Origin: Bdellovibrio sp.
GTDB taxonomy: Bacteria; Bdellovibrionota; Bdellovibrionia; Bdellovibrionales; Bdellovibrionaceae
NCBI GenBank assembly: GCA_036677065.1
Contig: JAKFBS010000004.1
Location: forward strand, 634,168-698,167
Reading direction: 5' to 3'
Length of the DNA: 64,000 bases
This document shows positions 55,894 to 64,000 of the stretch, one piece after another (position 1 is the first letter of the stretch; the number at the start of each line of letters is the position of its first letter). A program made the translations under genes and the position numbers. Below the pieces are notes generated by a model that made no database searches, was not told the origin of the DNA, and saw nothing but the letters and a program-made list of their open reading frames with translations.

Positions 55894-58248
55894 ATGTTTA
55901 ATTTCTTCATTAAGTGTTCGTTTGTTGTTCTATTTTTGTGTATCAGTTCAGCTTTTGCGAAAGAGCACAAAACCTACCTTGTCACTGCCGAAAATTTTGA
56001 AAAATCCTTAAACGAAGTGATTGAAAATGCAGAACACGGTTCTGAAATCATCATGCCCGAGGGTAAGTTTAGTTTAAAATCAGAAGTCGTTATTATCAAA
56101 CACGGCATTAAATTACGTGGCCAAGGAATGGATAAAACCATTTTATCTTTTAAAAATCAAAAAGTCGGAGCCCAAGGAGTGTTTGGCAGTGCCAATGCTT
56201 TGGTGTTTGAAGACTTCGCTGTTGAAGATAGCGCCGGCAATGCTGTGAAAGTGGTTTCTGCAAAATCAGTCACCTTTAGACGTTTAAGAGTTTCGTGGAC
56301 AGCAGGGCCGCGCCGTGAAAATGGAGCGTATGGTTTATATCCCGTGAGCAGTCGCGATGTGCTTGTTGAAAATTGTGATGTGTCAGATTCTTCAGATGCG
56401 GGTATTTACGTCGGCCAATCTGAAAACATCATTGTTCGTAATAATAAGGCTCACCATAACGTAGCGGGTATCGAGATTGAAAATTCTCGGTATGCTGATG
56501 TTTATAATAACGAAGTTTATGAAAACACGGCGGGTATTTTAGTTTTTAATTTACCGAATCTTCCGATTAAGGGCGGTCGTCAGACTCGCGTTTTTGAAAA
56601 TCATGTTTTTAATAATAATTTAAAAAACTTTTCAACTGAAGGTAGCATTATTAATTTAGTGCCGGATGGCTTAGGCATTTTTATTATGGCCAACAGCGAA
56701 GTTGAAATTTTTAAGAATAAAATTACCGATAATAAATTGTCAGGCGTAGCCATTACCCATTTTGCGATCAGTGAGCGTAAACATAGCGATGCTAATTATG
56801 ACCCGATGCCTCGCCGTATTTCTATTCGTGATAATACGTTTACTAAAAGTGAATACAAATTTCCTCTTTATTCAAGAATGACGGTGATCATTAAATTATT
56901 AGGCGGGTTTAATACTCCTGAAATTATTTACGATGGTATTCAAGATGGCACGTATTCTGGGCCAAAACTTTCTGATCGTGACCGCATTTGTGTTGGTCAA
57001 AATAAAACCACCGAAGGTGAAGCTGTTAGATACGCCAATTTACATTTAGATAACAGCCGTTGGTGGGTGCCGTATCCCGGAGGCCCTGCGACGATTGAAG
57101 ATACGGCGCAAGATTGTGCGTTTGAATCTTTTCCTGAAATAGTTTTAGGCGCGGCTCCTGCGATTCCAGAAAGTTCGGTAAAGCCAAGTGCAGAAACGAT
57201 AACAAAAATCTGCCAGCAAAAAACTAAAGGTGTTAACTGGGCGGCTCTTGAATACGATTGTCCGCAATTATCGAATTATAATTTATTCGCTCAGAAAAAC
57301 GATGCCACGCAAAAGCCAAATGATCGCGGTTTTAAATATTTATTGAATAATGAATTATTCACAGATTACGCCGAAAAAGATCGTTTTATCTTTTTACCGC
57401 CGAACACTTCAATGCAGTATAACGAAAATTCAGTTTTTGATTTTCCGGTAGGTACTGTGATTACAAAAACTTTTTCTTTGTTTCTACAAAATCCTAAAAA
57501 TGTTAAACCTAGTGCGATCGAGACGCGTTTATTAGTTAAACGTAAATCGGGTTGGCAAGCTATCGAGTATGTTTGGGATCACTCTAAAGAAGAAGCCTTT
57601 TTATATTTAGGTGGCAGTGTAGAAAGTTATGATATTTTAGCTCACAATGAAAAAGCGCTTAAGGTCGATTACGTTATTCCGAATCGTCGTCAGTGCTCTT
57701 CGTGTCATGTGACCGATACAATTAATGGTTCGCTCCAACCGATTGGTCCAAAAGCAAAATTTTTAAATTGGACATTCGCTGCAAACGAAGATGGAAGTAC
57801 CGAAAATCAGTTAATGTATTTCGCACGTCGTGCGTATTTGAGCGGTTTACCCAGTGATATTAAAAAAGTTCCTAGCGTGGCTGTATGGTCATTGCCAGAA
57901 AGCGGGCCGATCGAAAAAAGAGCGCAGGCATATTTAGAAATTAACTGTGCCCATTGCCATAATCCGAAAGGCCCAGCGCAAAACACCGGTCTTTATTTAA
58001 TGACCGAATTGGATCACCAAGATATCAGCTATGGTTTTTGTAAACGCCCCGTAGCCGCAGGTTTAGGATCGGGCGGACGAGCATTTGATATCAATCCCGA
58101 AGGGGCCGATAAATCGATTGTTTACTACCGCATGAAGAACGATCACCTTGAAGTCAAAATGCCACAGCTTGGAAGATCGGTCGCGCATAGCGAAGCTCTA
58201 AAAGTCATCGAAGAGTGGAATAATAGCTTAAAAGGTCAGTGTCCTTAA
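55894..58248 (+). CDS. Exported fusion of a parallel beta-helix domain and an SO2930-like diheme c-type cytochrome
   Basis: Signal peptide AFA; NGAYGLYPV, SDAGIYVGQS, NVAGIEIENS, GILVFNLP; LFTDYAEKDRF, FPVGTVITKTF, CSSCH, CAHCH, MPQLGRS. Confidence 0.85.
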   Translation: MFNFFIKCSFVVLFLCISSAFAKEHKTYLVTAENFEKSLNEVIENAEHGSEIIMPEGKFSLKSEVVIIKHGIKLRGQGMDKTILSFKNQKVGAQGVFGSANALVFEDFAVEDSAGNAVKVVSAKSVTFRRLRVSWTAGPRRENGAYGLYPVSSRDVLVENCDVSDSSDAGIYVGQSENIIVRNNKAHHNVAGIEIENSRYADVYNNEVYENTAGILVFNLPNLPIKGGRQTRVFENHVFNNNLKNFSTEGSIINLVPDGLGIFIMANSEVEIFKNKITDNKLSGVAITHFAISERKHSDANYDPMPRRISIRDNTFTKSEYKFPLYSRMTVIIKLLGGFNTPEIIYDGIQDGTYSGPKLSDRDRICVGQNKTTEGEAVRYANLHLDNSRWWVPYPGGPATIEDTAQDCAFESFPEIVLGAAPAIPESSVKPSAETITKICQQKTKGVNWAALEYDCPQLSNYNLFAQKNDATQKPNDRGFKYLLNNELFTDYAEKDRFIFLPPNTSMQYNENSVFDFPVGTVITKTFSLFLQNPKNVKPSAIETRLLVKRKSGWQAIEYVWDHSKEEAFLYLGGSVESYDILAHNEKALKVDYVIPNRRQCSSCHVTDTINGSLQPIGPKAKFLNWTFAANEDGSTENQLMYFARRAYLSGLPSDIKKVPSVAVWSLPESGPIEKRAQAYLEINCAHCHNPKGPAQNTGLYLMTELDHQDISYGFCKRPVAAGLGSGGRAFDINPEGADKSIVYYRMKNDHLEVKMPQLGRSVAHSEALKVIEEWNNSLKGQCP

Positions 58249-58259
58249 AAATAACCCTT

Positions 58260-58279
58260 GCAAATGAAAATCATTATCA
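58260..58279. promoter_or_regulatory. Fur box upstream of fur
   Basis: GCAAATGAAAATCATTATC matches GATAATGATAATCATTATC at 16/19; 7-1-7 form TGAAAAT-C-ATTATCA. Confidence 0.8.
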
Positions 58280-58293
58280 GTATCACTTTATCT

Positions 58294-58800
58294 ATGAAGA
58301 ACACTGATAACTCTATTGTTTTGCCCGTTCACCAAAGTTCTGAAACTGTTCGTAAAGCTGAACGTTACCAAATCGATGATTTTAAAAAAATGATCCGTTC
58401 GATGAATTTAAAAATTACTGATCAACGCCTGTTGATTCTTTCTTCGTTGCACGATGGCGATAAAAAATCTGGCGAACGCCACGTCACTGCCCAGGAGCTT
58501 TTTGAAAAAGTATCGGTGCGTGATTCTTCTGTGGGTTTTGCGACTGTTTATCGTTTTTTACGTGACTTGGCTGCGAACGAATTGGTTACCGAAGTTCGTA
58601 TGGGCGGTCATGCCTCACGTTATGAATTAACTCCCAAAGAGCATCACGATCACTTAACTTGCACGAAATGCGGCAAGATTTGTGAGTTCGAAAACGAAAA
58701 AATCGAAGAATTGCAATCACAAGTGGCAAAACACTTTGGATTCCATTTGACGGGGCACGTTCTAGAGCTGTTTGGAGTATGTTCGGACTGCCAAAAGTAA
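58294..58800 (+). CDS. fur: Fur-family transcriptional regulator; probable start ATG 58294
   Basis: LKITDQR, HVTAQEL, GFATVYRFL, HHDHLTCTKCG, terminal CSDC. Confidence 0.92.
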   Translation: MKNTDNSIVLPVHQSSETVRKAERYQIDDFKKMIRSMNLKITDQRLLILSSLHDGDKKSGERHVTAQELFEKVSVRDSSVGFATVYRFLRDLAANELVTEVRMGGHASRYELTPKEHHDHLTCTKCGKICEFENEKIEELQSQVAKHFGFHLTGHVLELFGVCSDCQK

Positions 58801-58815
58801 TATTATAACGGCCAT

Positions 58816-61437
58816 ATGTCCGATGATATTGTAGTAAAAGGGGCTAGAGAGCATAACCTAAAAAATGTCTCTCTGACTATCCCACGAAATAAGATCACAG
58901 TTTTTACTGGGCTATCAGGTTCAGGAAAATCTTCATTAGCTTTTGATACCGTGTACGCTGAAGGTCAGCGCCGTTATGTCGAAAGTTTATCGGCTTACGC
59001 GCGAAATTTTTTAGAACAATTAAAAAAACCAGAAGTTGATTCGATCACAGGTCTTTCGCCTGCGATTGCCATTGATCAAAAATCAGTGGGTTTAAATCCA
59101 CGTTCAACAGTTGGCACCATCACTGAAATTTATGATTACATGCGTTTGCTGTACGCCAAAGTCGGAACACCTTGTTGTCCGATCCATCATATTCCGGTCA
59201 GTTCGCAAACGCCGCAAGCCATCGTGACTGAAATTATGAAAAAACCTCAGGGCACAAAATTTTATGTGTTAGCTCCGATGGCCCAAGGTAAAAAAGGTGA
59301 GTTCATGGCTGAATTCACCAAATGGCTTAAAAAAGGTTTTGTGAAAGCCAAAGTCGATGGCAAGTTTATCGATTTAGAAAAAGCCACCAAGCTTGCCAAA
59401 ACCAAATCACATGATATCGATCTTGTGGTTGATCAATTAATTTTAAAAGACACTATTAAACCCCGCTTAAGTGAAAGTGTGAACACCGCCATTTCTTTAG
59501 CCGCTGGCCGCTTAGTGATTGAAATCATTAAACCCAATGGTGAAAATGAGCGTCAAAGTTTTTCAATTCATTCAGCTTGTCCAGAATGCGGTTTCAGTTT
59601 TCCTGAGTTAGAGCCACGTTTATTTAGTTTTAATAATCCGCGCGGCGCTTGTGAATCTTGTCATGGTTTAGGTACGTTAGACTTAGTTGAAGAAGAACAA
59701 TTTTCTGATTCTGATGTTGGCGGTAAAAAGCTTGAAGCCGTTAAATACACCTACAAAGGTAAAAAAGCTTCAGGTGAAGAAGATGACGAAGAAGAAGAAA
59801 TGGTTTTATCGTCGTGTCCAACGTGTAAAGGTTCGCGCTTAAAGGCTGAAGCTTTAAATGTTTTAATTAACGATAAAAATATCGCCCAGCTTTCTGACAC
59901 TTCGATCACTGAGCTAAATCAGTTTTTCAAAAAAGCAAAATGGACAGATAAGCAAAAATTTATTGCCGAAAAAATCGTAAAACAAATTGCTGATCGTCTA
60001 AGTTATTTAGAACGTGTTGGAACTTCGTATTTAAGTTTATCTCGTCCAGCTAGAACATTATCTGGCGGAGAAGCCCAGCGTATTCGTTTAGCGACACAAG
60101 TTGGTTCGGCACTTATTGGCTGTATGTATATTATGGATGAGCCAAGCATTGGTTTGCATCCGCGAGATCATCACAGATTACTAGAAATTATTGGTGAATT
60201 AAAAGATCGTGGTAACACGATCATCTTAGTTGAACATGATGAAGACACGATTCGTTTTGCAGACTATGTTGTCGATCTTGGTCCTCGCGCCGGAAAACTT
60301 GGCGGAGAATTAATTGCCGAAGGTACACCTGAGCAGTTAATGAAAAATCCAAAATCAATCACTGGTCAATACTTGTCGGGTAAACGCCGAATTCCAGTTC
60401 CTAAAACACGCCGTAAAGGTAATGGTTTAGCCATTAGACTTTTAGGCGCCACCGGAAACAACTTACAAAATGTCGATTTAGAAATACCGTTAGGCACATA
60501 CACTTGTGTGACAGGCGTATCTGGCAGCGGAAAATCAACATTGATCGTTGATACACTATATAAAATTTTAGCTAAAGAATTCTATAAAGCGCACGCTGTT
60601 GCTTCGCCCTACAAATCAATCACGGGCTTAGAGCACATCGATAAAGTGATCGACATCAATCAACGTCCGATTGGTCGCACACCAAGATCAACGCCTGCAA
60701 CTTATGTAGGGCTTCTTCCGATGATTCGCGATCTGTACGCCACACTACCTGATTCTAAACTTCGTGGTTTTGAACCCGGCCGCTTTAGTTTTAACGTTAA
60801 AGGTGGCCGCTGCGAAACCTGCATGGGCCACGGGCAAATCCGTATGGAGATGCACTTTTTATCAGATGTTTTTGTATTATGCGATACCTGTCAGGGAAAA
60901 CGCTACAACCGCGAAACGTTGCAAATTAAATACAAAGAAAAAAATATCGCTGACGTTTTAGCAATGAATGTTGAAGAGGCTTGCGAGTTTTTTAAAAATC
61001 ATTCGCAAATTTATCGTAAATTAGAAACACTTCACAAAGTGGGGCTTGATTATATGACCTTAGGTCAATCTTCAACGACGCTTTCTGGCGGCGAAGCCCA
61101 GCGCGTGAAATTATCAAAAGAGCTTTCACGTCGTGGTACGGGTAAAACCTTGTATATCCTTGATGAGCCGACAACCGGGCTTCATTTTGATGATATCAGA
61201 AAATTAATTGAATTAATGCAAGAGCTTACAGAGCAGGGAAACACAGTTCTGGTGATCGAGCATAATTTAGAAGTGATGAAGTGTGCAGATCATATTATTG
61301 ATCTAGGCCCAGACGGAGGAATTTACGGCGGAGAAATCGTCGTCAAAGGTACGCCTGAAGCCGTTGCCAAATCAGCACGAAGTGAAACAGCAAAATTTTT
61401 GAAACCGCTACTAGAAAAGGAAAAGCAGCATGTTTAA
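58816..61437 (+). CDS. uvrA: Excinuclease ABC subunit A
   Basis: GAREHNLKN, GLSGSGKSSLAFDT, LSGGEAQRIRLA, GVSGSGKST, zinc fingers; 873 aa. Confidence 0.97.
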   Translation: MSDDIVVKGAREHNLKNVSLTIPRNKITVFTGLSGSGKSSLAFDTVYAEGQRRYVESLSAYARNFLEQLKKPEVDSITGLSPAIAIDQKSVGLNPRSTVGTITEIYDYMRLLYAKVGTPCCPIHHIPVSSQTPQAIVTEIMKKPQGTKFYVLAPMAQGKKGEFMAEFTKWLKKGFVKAKVDGKFIDLEKATKLAKTKSHDIDLVVDQLILKDTIKPRLSESVNTAISLAAGRLVIEIIKPNGENERQSFSIHSACPECGFSFPELEPRLFSFNNPRGACESCHGLGTLDLVEEEQFSDSDVGGKKLEAVKYTYKGKKASGEEDDEEEEMVLSSCPTCKGSRLKAEALNVLINDKNIAQLSDTSITELNQFFKKAKWTDKQKFIAEKIVKQIADRLSYLERVGTSYLSLSRPARTLSGGEAQRIRLATQVGSALIGCMYIMDEPSIGLHPRDHHRLLEIIGELKDRGNTIILVEHDEDTIRFADYVVDLGPRAGKLGGELIAEGTPEQLMKNPKSITGQYLSGKRRIPVPKTRRKGNGLAIRLLGATGNNLQNVDLEIPLGTYTCVTGVSGSGKSTLIVDTLYKILAKEFYKAHAVASPYKSITGLEHIDKVIDINQRPIGRTPRSTPATYVGLLPMIRDLYATLPDSKLRGFEPGRFSFNVKGGRCETCMGHGQIRMEMHFLSDVFVLCDTCQGKRYNRETLQIKYKEKNIADVLAMNVEEACEFFKNHSQIYRKLETLHKVGLDYMTLGQSSTTLSGGEAQRVKLSKELSRRGTGKTLYILDEPTTGLHFDDIRKLIELMQELTEQGNTVLVIEHNLEVMKCADHIIDLGPDGGIYGGEIVVKGTPEAVAKSARSETAKFLKPLLEKEKQHV

Positions 61438-62482
61438 GTACATAAGAGGATCGTTAATTATAGCCGCTATTGGTTTAGCCCTGGCTATGGGCTTTGAATG
61501 GTACCAAACCGGTTCAACATCTCACATTTTGCAGGCGGGGTTAACCGCGCTGATTTTAGCGGTCTTAGAGATTTCATTGTCATTTGATAATGCCGTGGTG
61601 AATGCCACAGTGATTAAAAAAATGGATGCCGTTTGGAAACGTCGCTTCTTAACTTGGGGTATTTTAATCGCCGTATTCGGAATGCGTTTAATTTTCCCGT
61701 TAGCGATCGTTGGTATTATCGCCCACATTAATCCGTGGGATGCTTTAATGTTGTCATTAAATAACCCGGCTAAATATGCCGAGATCATGACCTCAGTGCA
61801 TTTAACCGTATCAGCCTTCGGTGGAATGTTCTTATATATGGTGTTCCTGCATTTTTTCATGAACGAAGATAAAGAAGATCATTGGATTCATGTGATCGAA
61901 AAACCTTTAGTGCTAGTTTCTCAGTACAAGGGTGTCGAGATCATCGTGGCGTTACTGACGTTACTATCGATCACAAGTTTGATGGATGGCCCAGATCAAA
62001 TTCGTTTTTTAATTCCAGGTCTTTGGGGAATGATCACGTATTTGATCGTGCACAGTTTCTCTGATTTCTTAGAAAGCATGGAGTTAACTCGTGATGCGAA
62101 TCTGATGGCTAAAAAAACAATGATGTCTGCAGGTTTTGGTATGTTTATGTACCTTGAAGTCTTAGATGCCTCATTCAGTTTTGACGGTGTAATCGGCGCT
62201 TTTGCTATCACGCAAAATTTAATTCAAATCATGATCGGTCTAAGCATCGGTGCTTTTTTCGTACGTAGCTTAACTTTATACTTAGTTGAAAAAGACACTC
62301 TGGCGCAGATTCGCTTTTTAGAGCATGGGGCCTTTTATGCCTTAGGCGCTTTATCTCTATTTATGTTATTAGGTTATTTCTTTCATGTTCCTGAATGGTT
62401 AACAGGGCTTTCGGGGGCTGTGATCTTAGGATTGAGTATTCTGTGGTCGTTCTATGAAGACCGTAAGCGCCGAAATACTTAA
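61430..62482 (+). CDS. DUF475 / TerC-like integral membrane protein
   Basis: LEISLSFDNAVVNA, FLTWGILIAVFGMRL, YLEVLDASFSFDGVIGAFAIT, LEHGAFYA. Confidence 0.9.
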   Translation: MFKYIRGSLIIAAIGLALAMGFEWYQTGSTSHILQAGLTALILAVLEISLSFDNAVVNATVIKKMDAVWKRRFLTWGILIAVFGMRLIFPLAIVGIIAHINPWDALMLSLNNPAKYAEIMTSVHLTVSAFGGMFLYMVFLHFFMNEDKEDHWIHVIEKPLVLVSQYKGVEIIVALLTLLSITSLMDGPDQIRFLIPGLWGMITYLIVHSFSDFLESMELTRDANLMAKKTMMSAGFGMFMYLEVLDASFSFDGVIGAFAITQNLIQIMIGLSIGAFFVRSLTLYLVEKDTLAQIRFLEHGAFYALGALSLFMLLGYFFHVPEWLTGLSGAVILGLSILWSFYEDRKRRNT

Positions 62483-63352
62483 GATAATAATGGCTCCGAT
62501 CAATTGGATCGGAGTCAGTTTTTCACCCAATAAAGCCGAAGCAAATAAAAACGAGTAGGGGGCCTCTAACAGGCACAGCATGCTTGCTGTGGTAGTTGAT
62601 AAAACCTTTTGTGCCCGAACTTGTAAATAAAACGCACCCAATGTCACTAAAATCGCAAGCCCAACTACTGAAGAGACTGACCAGTAAGTCGTGATATTTG
62701 GAGTTATCGGGATTTCTTTAGCCGAAACATCATAAATTAAAAATGGCACTAAGAATATCAACGCCCAAAATGTTTGTGCGGTGTTAAAGCGAAAGCCGCT
62801 TTTCATTTTTTTGGCAGCACTGGCTACAGCCATAATATGAACCGCTGAAGTCACAGCAACCATCAGCGTGAAAATGTCTCCGCTGTGCATGCGAAAGCCA
62901 TTGGTCGGAAGATCTAATAATAAACCCATTCCTAAAAAGGCCACAAAACTTAAAGCAAAGTGGTACCAATGCACTTTTGATTTCAACACAAAATAATTCG
63001 CAAACGGAATCAGCACCACATAAAGTGAAGTGATAAAGCTAGAATTTGTCGCGGTCGTTGTTTGTAAACCAATCGTTTGAAAGATTAATGAAAGCCCCAG
63101 GCCCAGACCTGCAATCAAACTAATTTTATAATCAGAGTGAGTTTTTTTAAAACCTTCGCGATCAAAAATAAAATAAAATGTTTCAGCTAAAATTATCGCA
63201 AAAACAAAACGCCAAAAAACCAATGTTGTCGGACTAAAATCAACGAGCGCCCATTTTACAAAAGTAAACGAAATCCCCCATAACATTCCCGCGAAGAACA
63301 ATTCTAAGACGGCGCGGTGGTAGGTGGGGATAGACGCTAAAGCCTTTTTCAC
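62426..63352 (-). CDS. DMT/EamA family transporter
   Basis: About 10 TM helices; LWGISF, GLQTTTATNSSFITSLYVVLIP, LEAP...LLGEKL. Confidence 0.9.
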   Translation of the reverse strand: MKKALASIPTYHRAVLELFFAGMLWGISFTFVKWALVDFSPTTLVFWRFVFAIILAETFYFIFDREGFKKTHSDYKISLIAGLGLGLSLIFQTIGLQTTTATNSSFITSLYVVLIPFANYFVLKSKVHWYHFALSFVAFLGMGLLLDLPTNGFRMHSGDIFTLMVAVTSAVHIMAVASAAKKMKSGFRFNTAQTFWALIFLVPFLIYDVSAKEIPITPNITTYWSVSSVVGLAILVTLGAFYLQVRAQKVLSTTTASMLCLLEAPYSFLFASALLGEKLTPIQLIGAIIILSISALTVFIERPQNTQS

Positions 63353-63999
63353 TAATCAAACGCCTCAGCCCAGAAGCGAGTTTTATCAAAACCGTCAATT
63401 TCAAGAACTTGATGTTTCACATCTTTAATCATCGCGCCATTGCCGCAAAGATAGAAAGTGGTCGGTGTGTTTTTGTAATCGATTTCTGGCAAGAAATTTT
63501 GAATGTAGCCTTTTTTGCCGGTCCATTTATCTGTCGGTCGGCTAAGAACGTAATGATATTCAAAATTTGGAAGTTTAGCTTTTAAAGCTTCTAATTCTTC
63601 GCGGTAGTAAATGTCTTCTTCGTAACGTAGGCCGAAATAAAGTTTGTATTTTAATTCAGGATATTGCGCCATTTTAGATTCAAGATAGCTATAGTGCTGC
63701 GAGATACCGCTGCCAGTATTTAAAAATACGATTTGTTCTGTTGGCGGCTCTTGAAAGAACACTTTACCAAAGGGCCCTGTGAAGTTAATGATCTCATCGC
63801 CTTTTAAACCCCAGACATATTTTGAAGCTACGCCGTTATCAACGAATTTAAATATTAAACGAAACTTTTGTAAATCATGTTCAGTCGTTGCAATTGAATA
63901 GGCGCGAAGGGCAGCCTTCATCGGTTGGCCAGCTTCATCAGTTTGGGGCACATGTAACATGACAAATTGACCAGCTCTGAACTTAAATTCAGGGTGGCT
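63352..63999 (-). CDS. Ferredoxin-NAD(P)+ reductase-like FAD-binding oxidoreductase, 5'-truncated by the window edge
   Basis: FRAGQF (frame stays open past 63960 to the edge), RAYSIA, GVAS, GPFG, TGSGISQ, YLCG, EAFD. Confidence 0.9.
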   Translation of the reverse strand, partial: SHPEFKFRAGQFVMLHVPQTDEAGQPMKAALRAYSIATTEHDLQKFRLIFKFVDNGVASKYVWGLKGDEIINFTGPFGKVFFQEPPTEQIVFLNTGSGISQHYSYLESKMAQYPELKYKLYFGLRYEEDIYYREELEALKAKLPNFEYHYVLSRPTDKWTGKKGYIQNFLPEIDYKNTPTTFYLCGNGAMIKDVKHQVLEIDGFDKTRFWAEAFD

Positions 64000-64000
64000 A

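Noticed and set aside
1..64000. tRNA, rRNA, IS elements
   Set aside because: No cloverleaf or rRNA-like segments in the short intergenic regions, and no transposase-like ORF seen

Overview
This ~40% GC chromosomal window most likely comes from a predatory Bdellovibrionota bacterium. That assignment is inferred from the gene repertoire: MAT-type fibres, TIGR02147-like HTH genes, and an mreC-mreD-mrdA-rodA operon without mreB. The dominant feature is a 32-kb array (4801-36987) inserted after a UvrD/Rep helicase. It holds six paralogous, secreted, phage-tail-fibre-like proteins resembling the Bdellovibrio mosaic adhesive trimer (MAT) family. Five end in a peptidase S74 autocleaving chaperone and one ends in a globular head. 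The first two fibres share the same distal tip, and each is translationally coupled to a secreted protein with two fibrinogen/intelectin-like domains, which may be a tip-capping adhesin analogous to T-even phage gp38. Every fibre gene has its own sigma28(FliA)-like -10 element 6-7 nt before a GTG start with no SD, suggesting leaderless mRNAs, and five of six have an upstream TGTTTCA-N3-TGAAACA-like palindrome. The rest is mostly housekeeping: fumC, rluA-like, bolA, yegD-like, ettA, rodA/mrdA/mreD/mreC, ppiD-like, cdd, maf, folE2, fur with a Fur box, uvrA, DUF475, EamA and FNR-like. It also contains three damaged TIGR02147-like HTH genes, a 37-aa secreted mini-ORF, a candidate sigma28-driven ~73-nt sRNA and a beta-helix/diheme-cytochrome fusion. 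All family assignments come from motif recognition by eye; no database searches were run.
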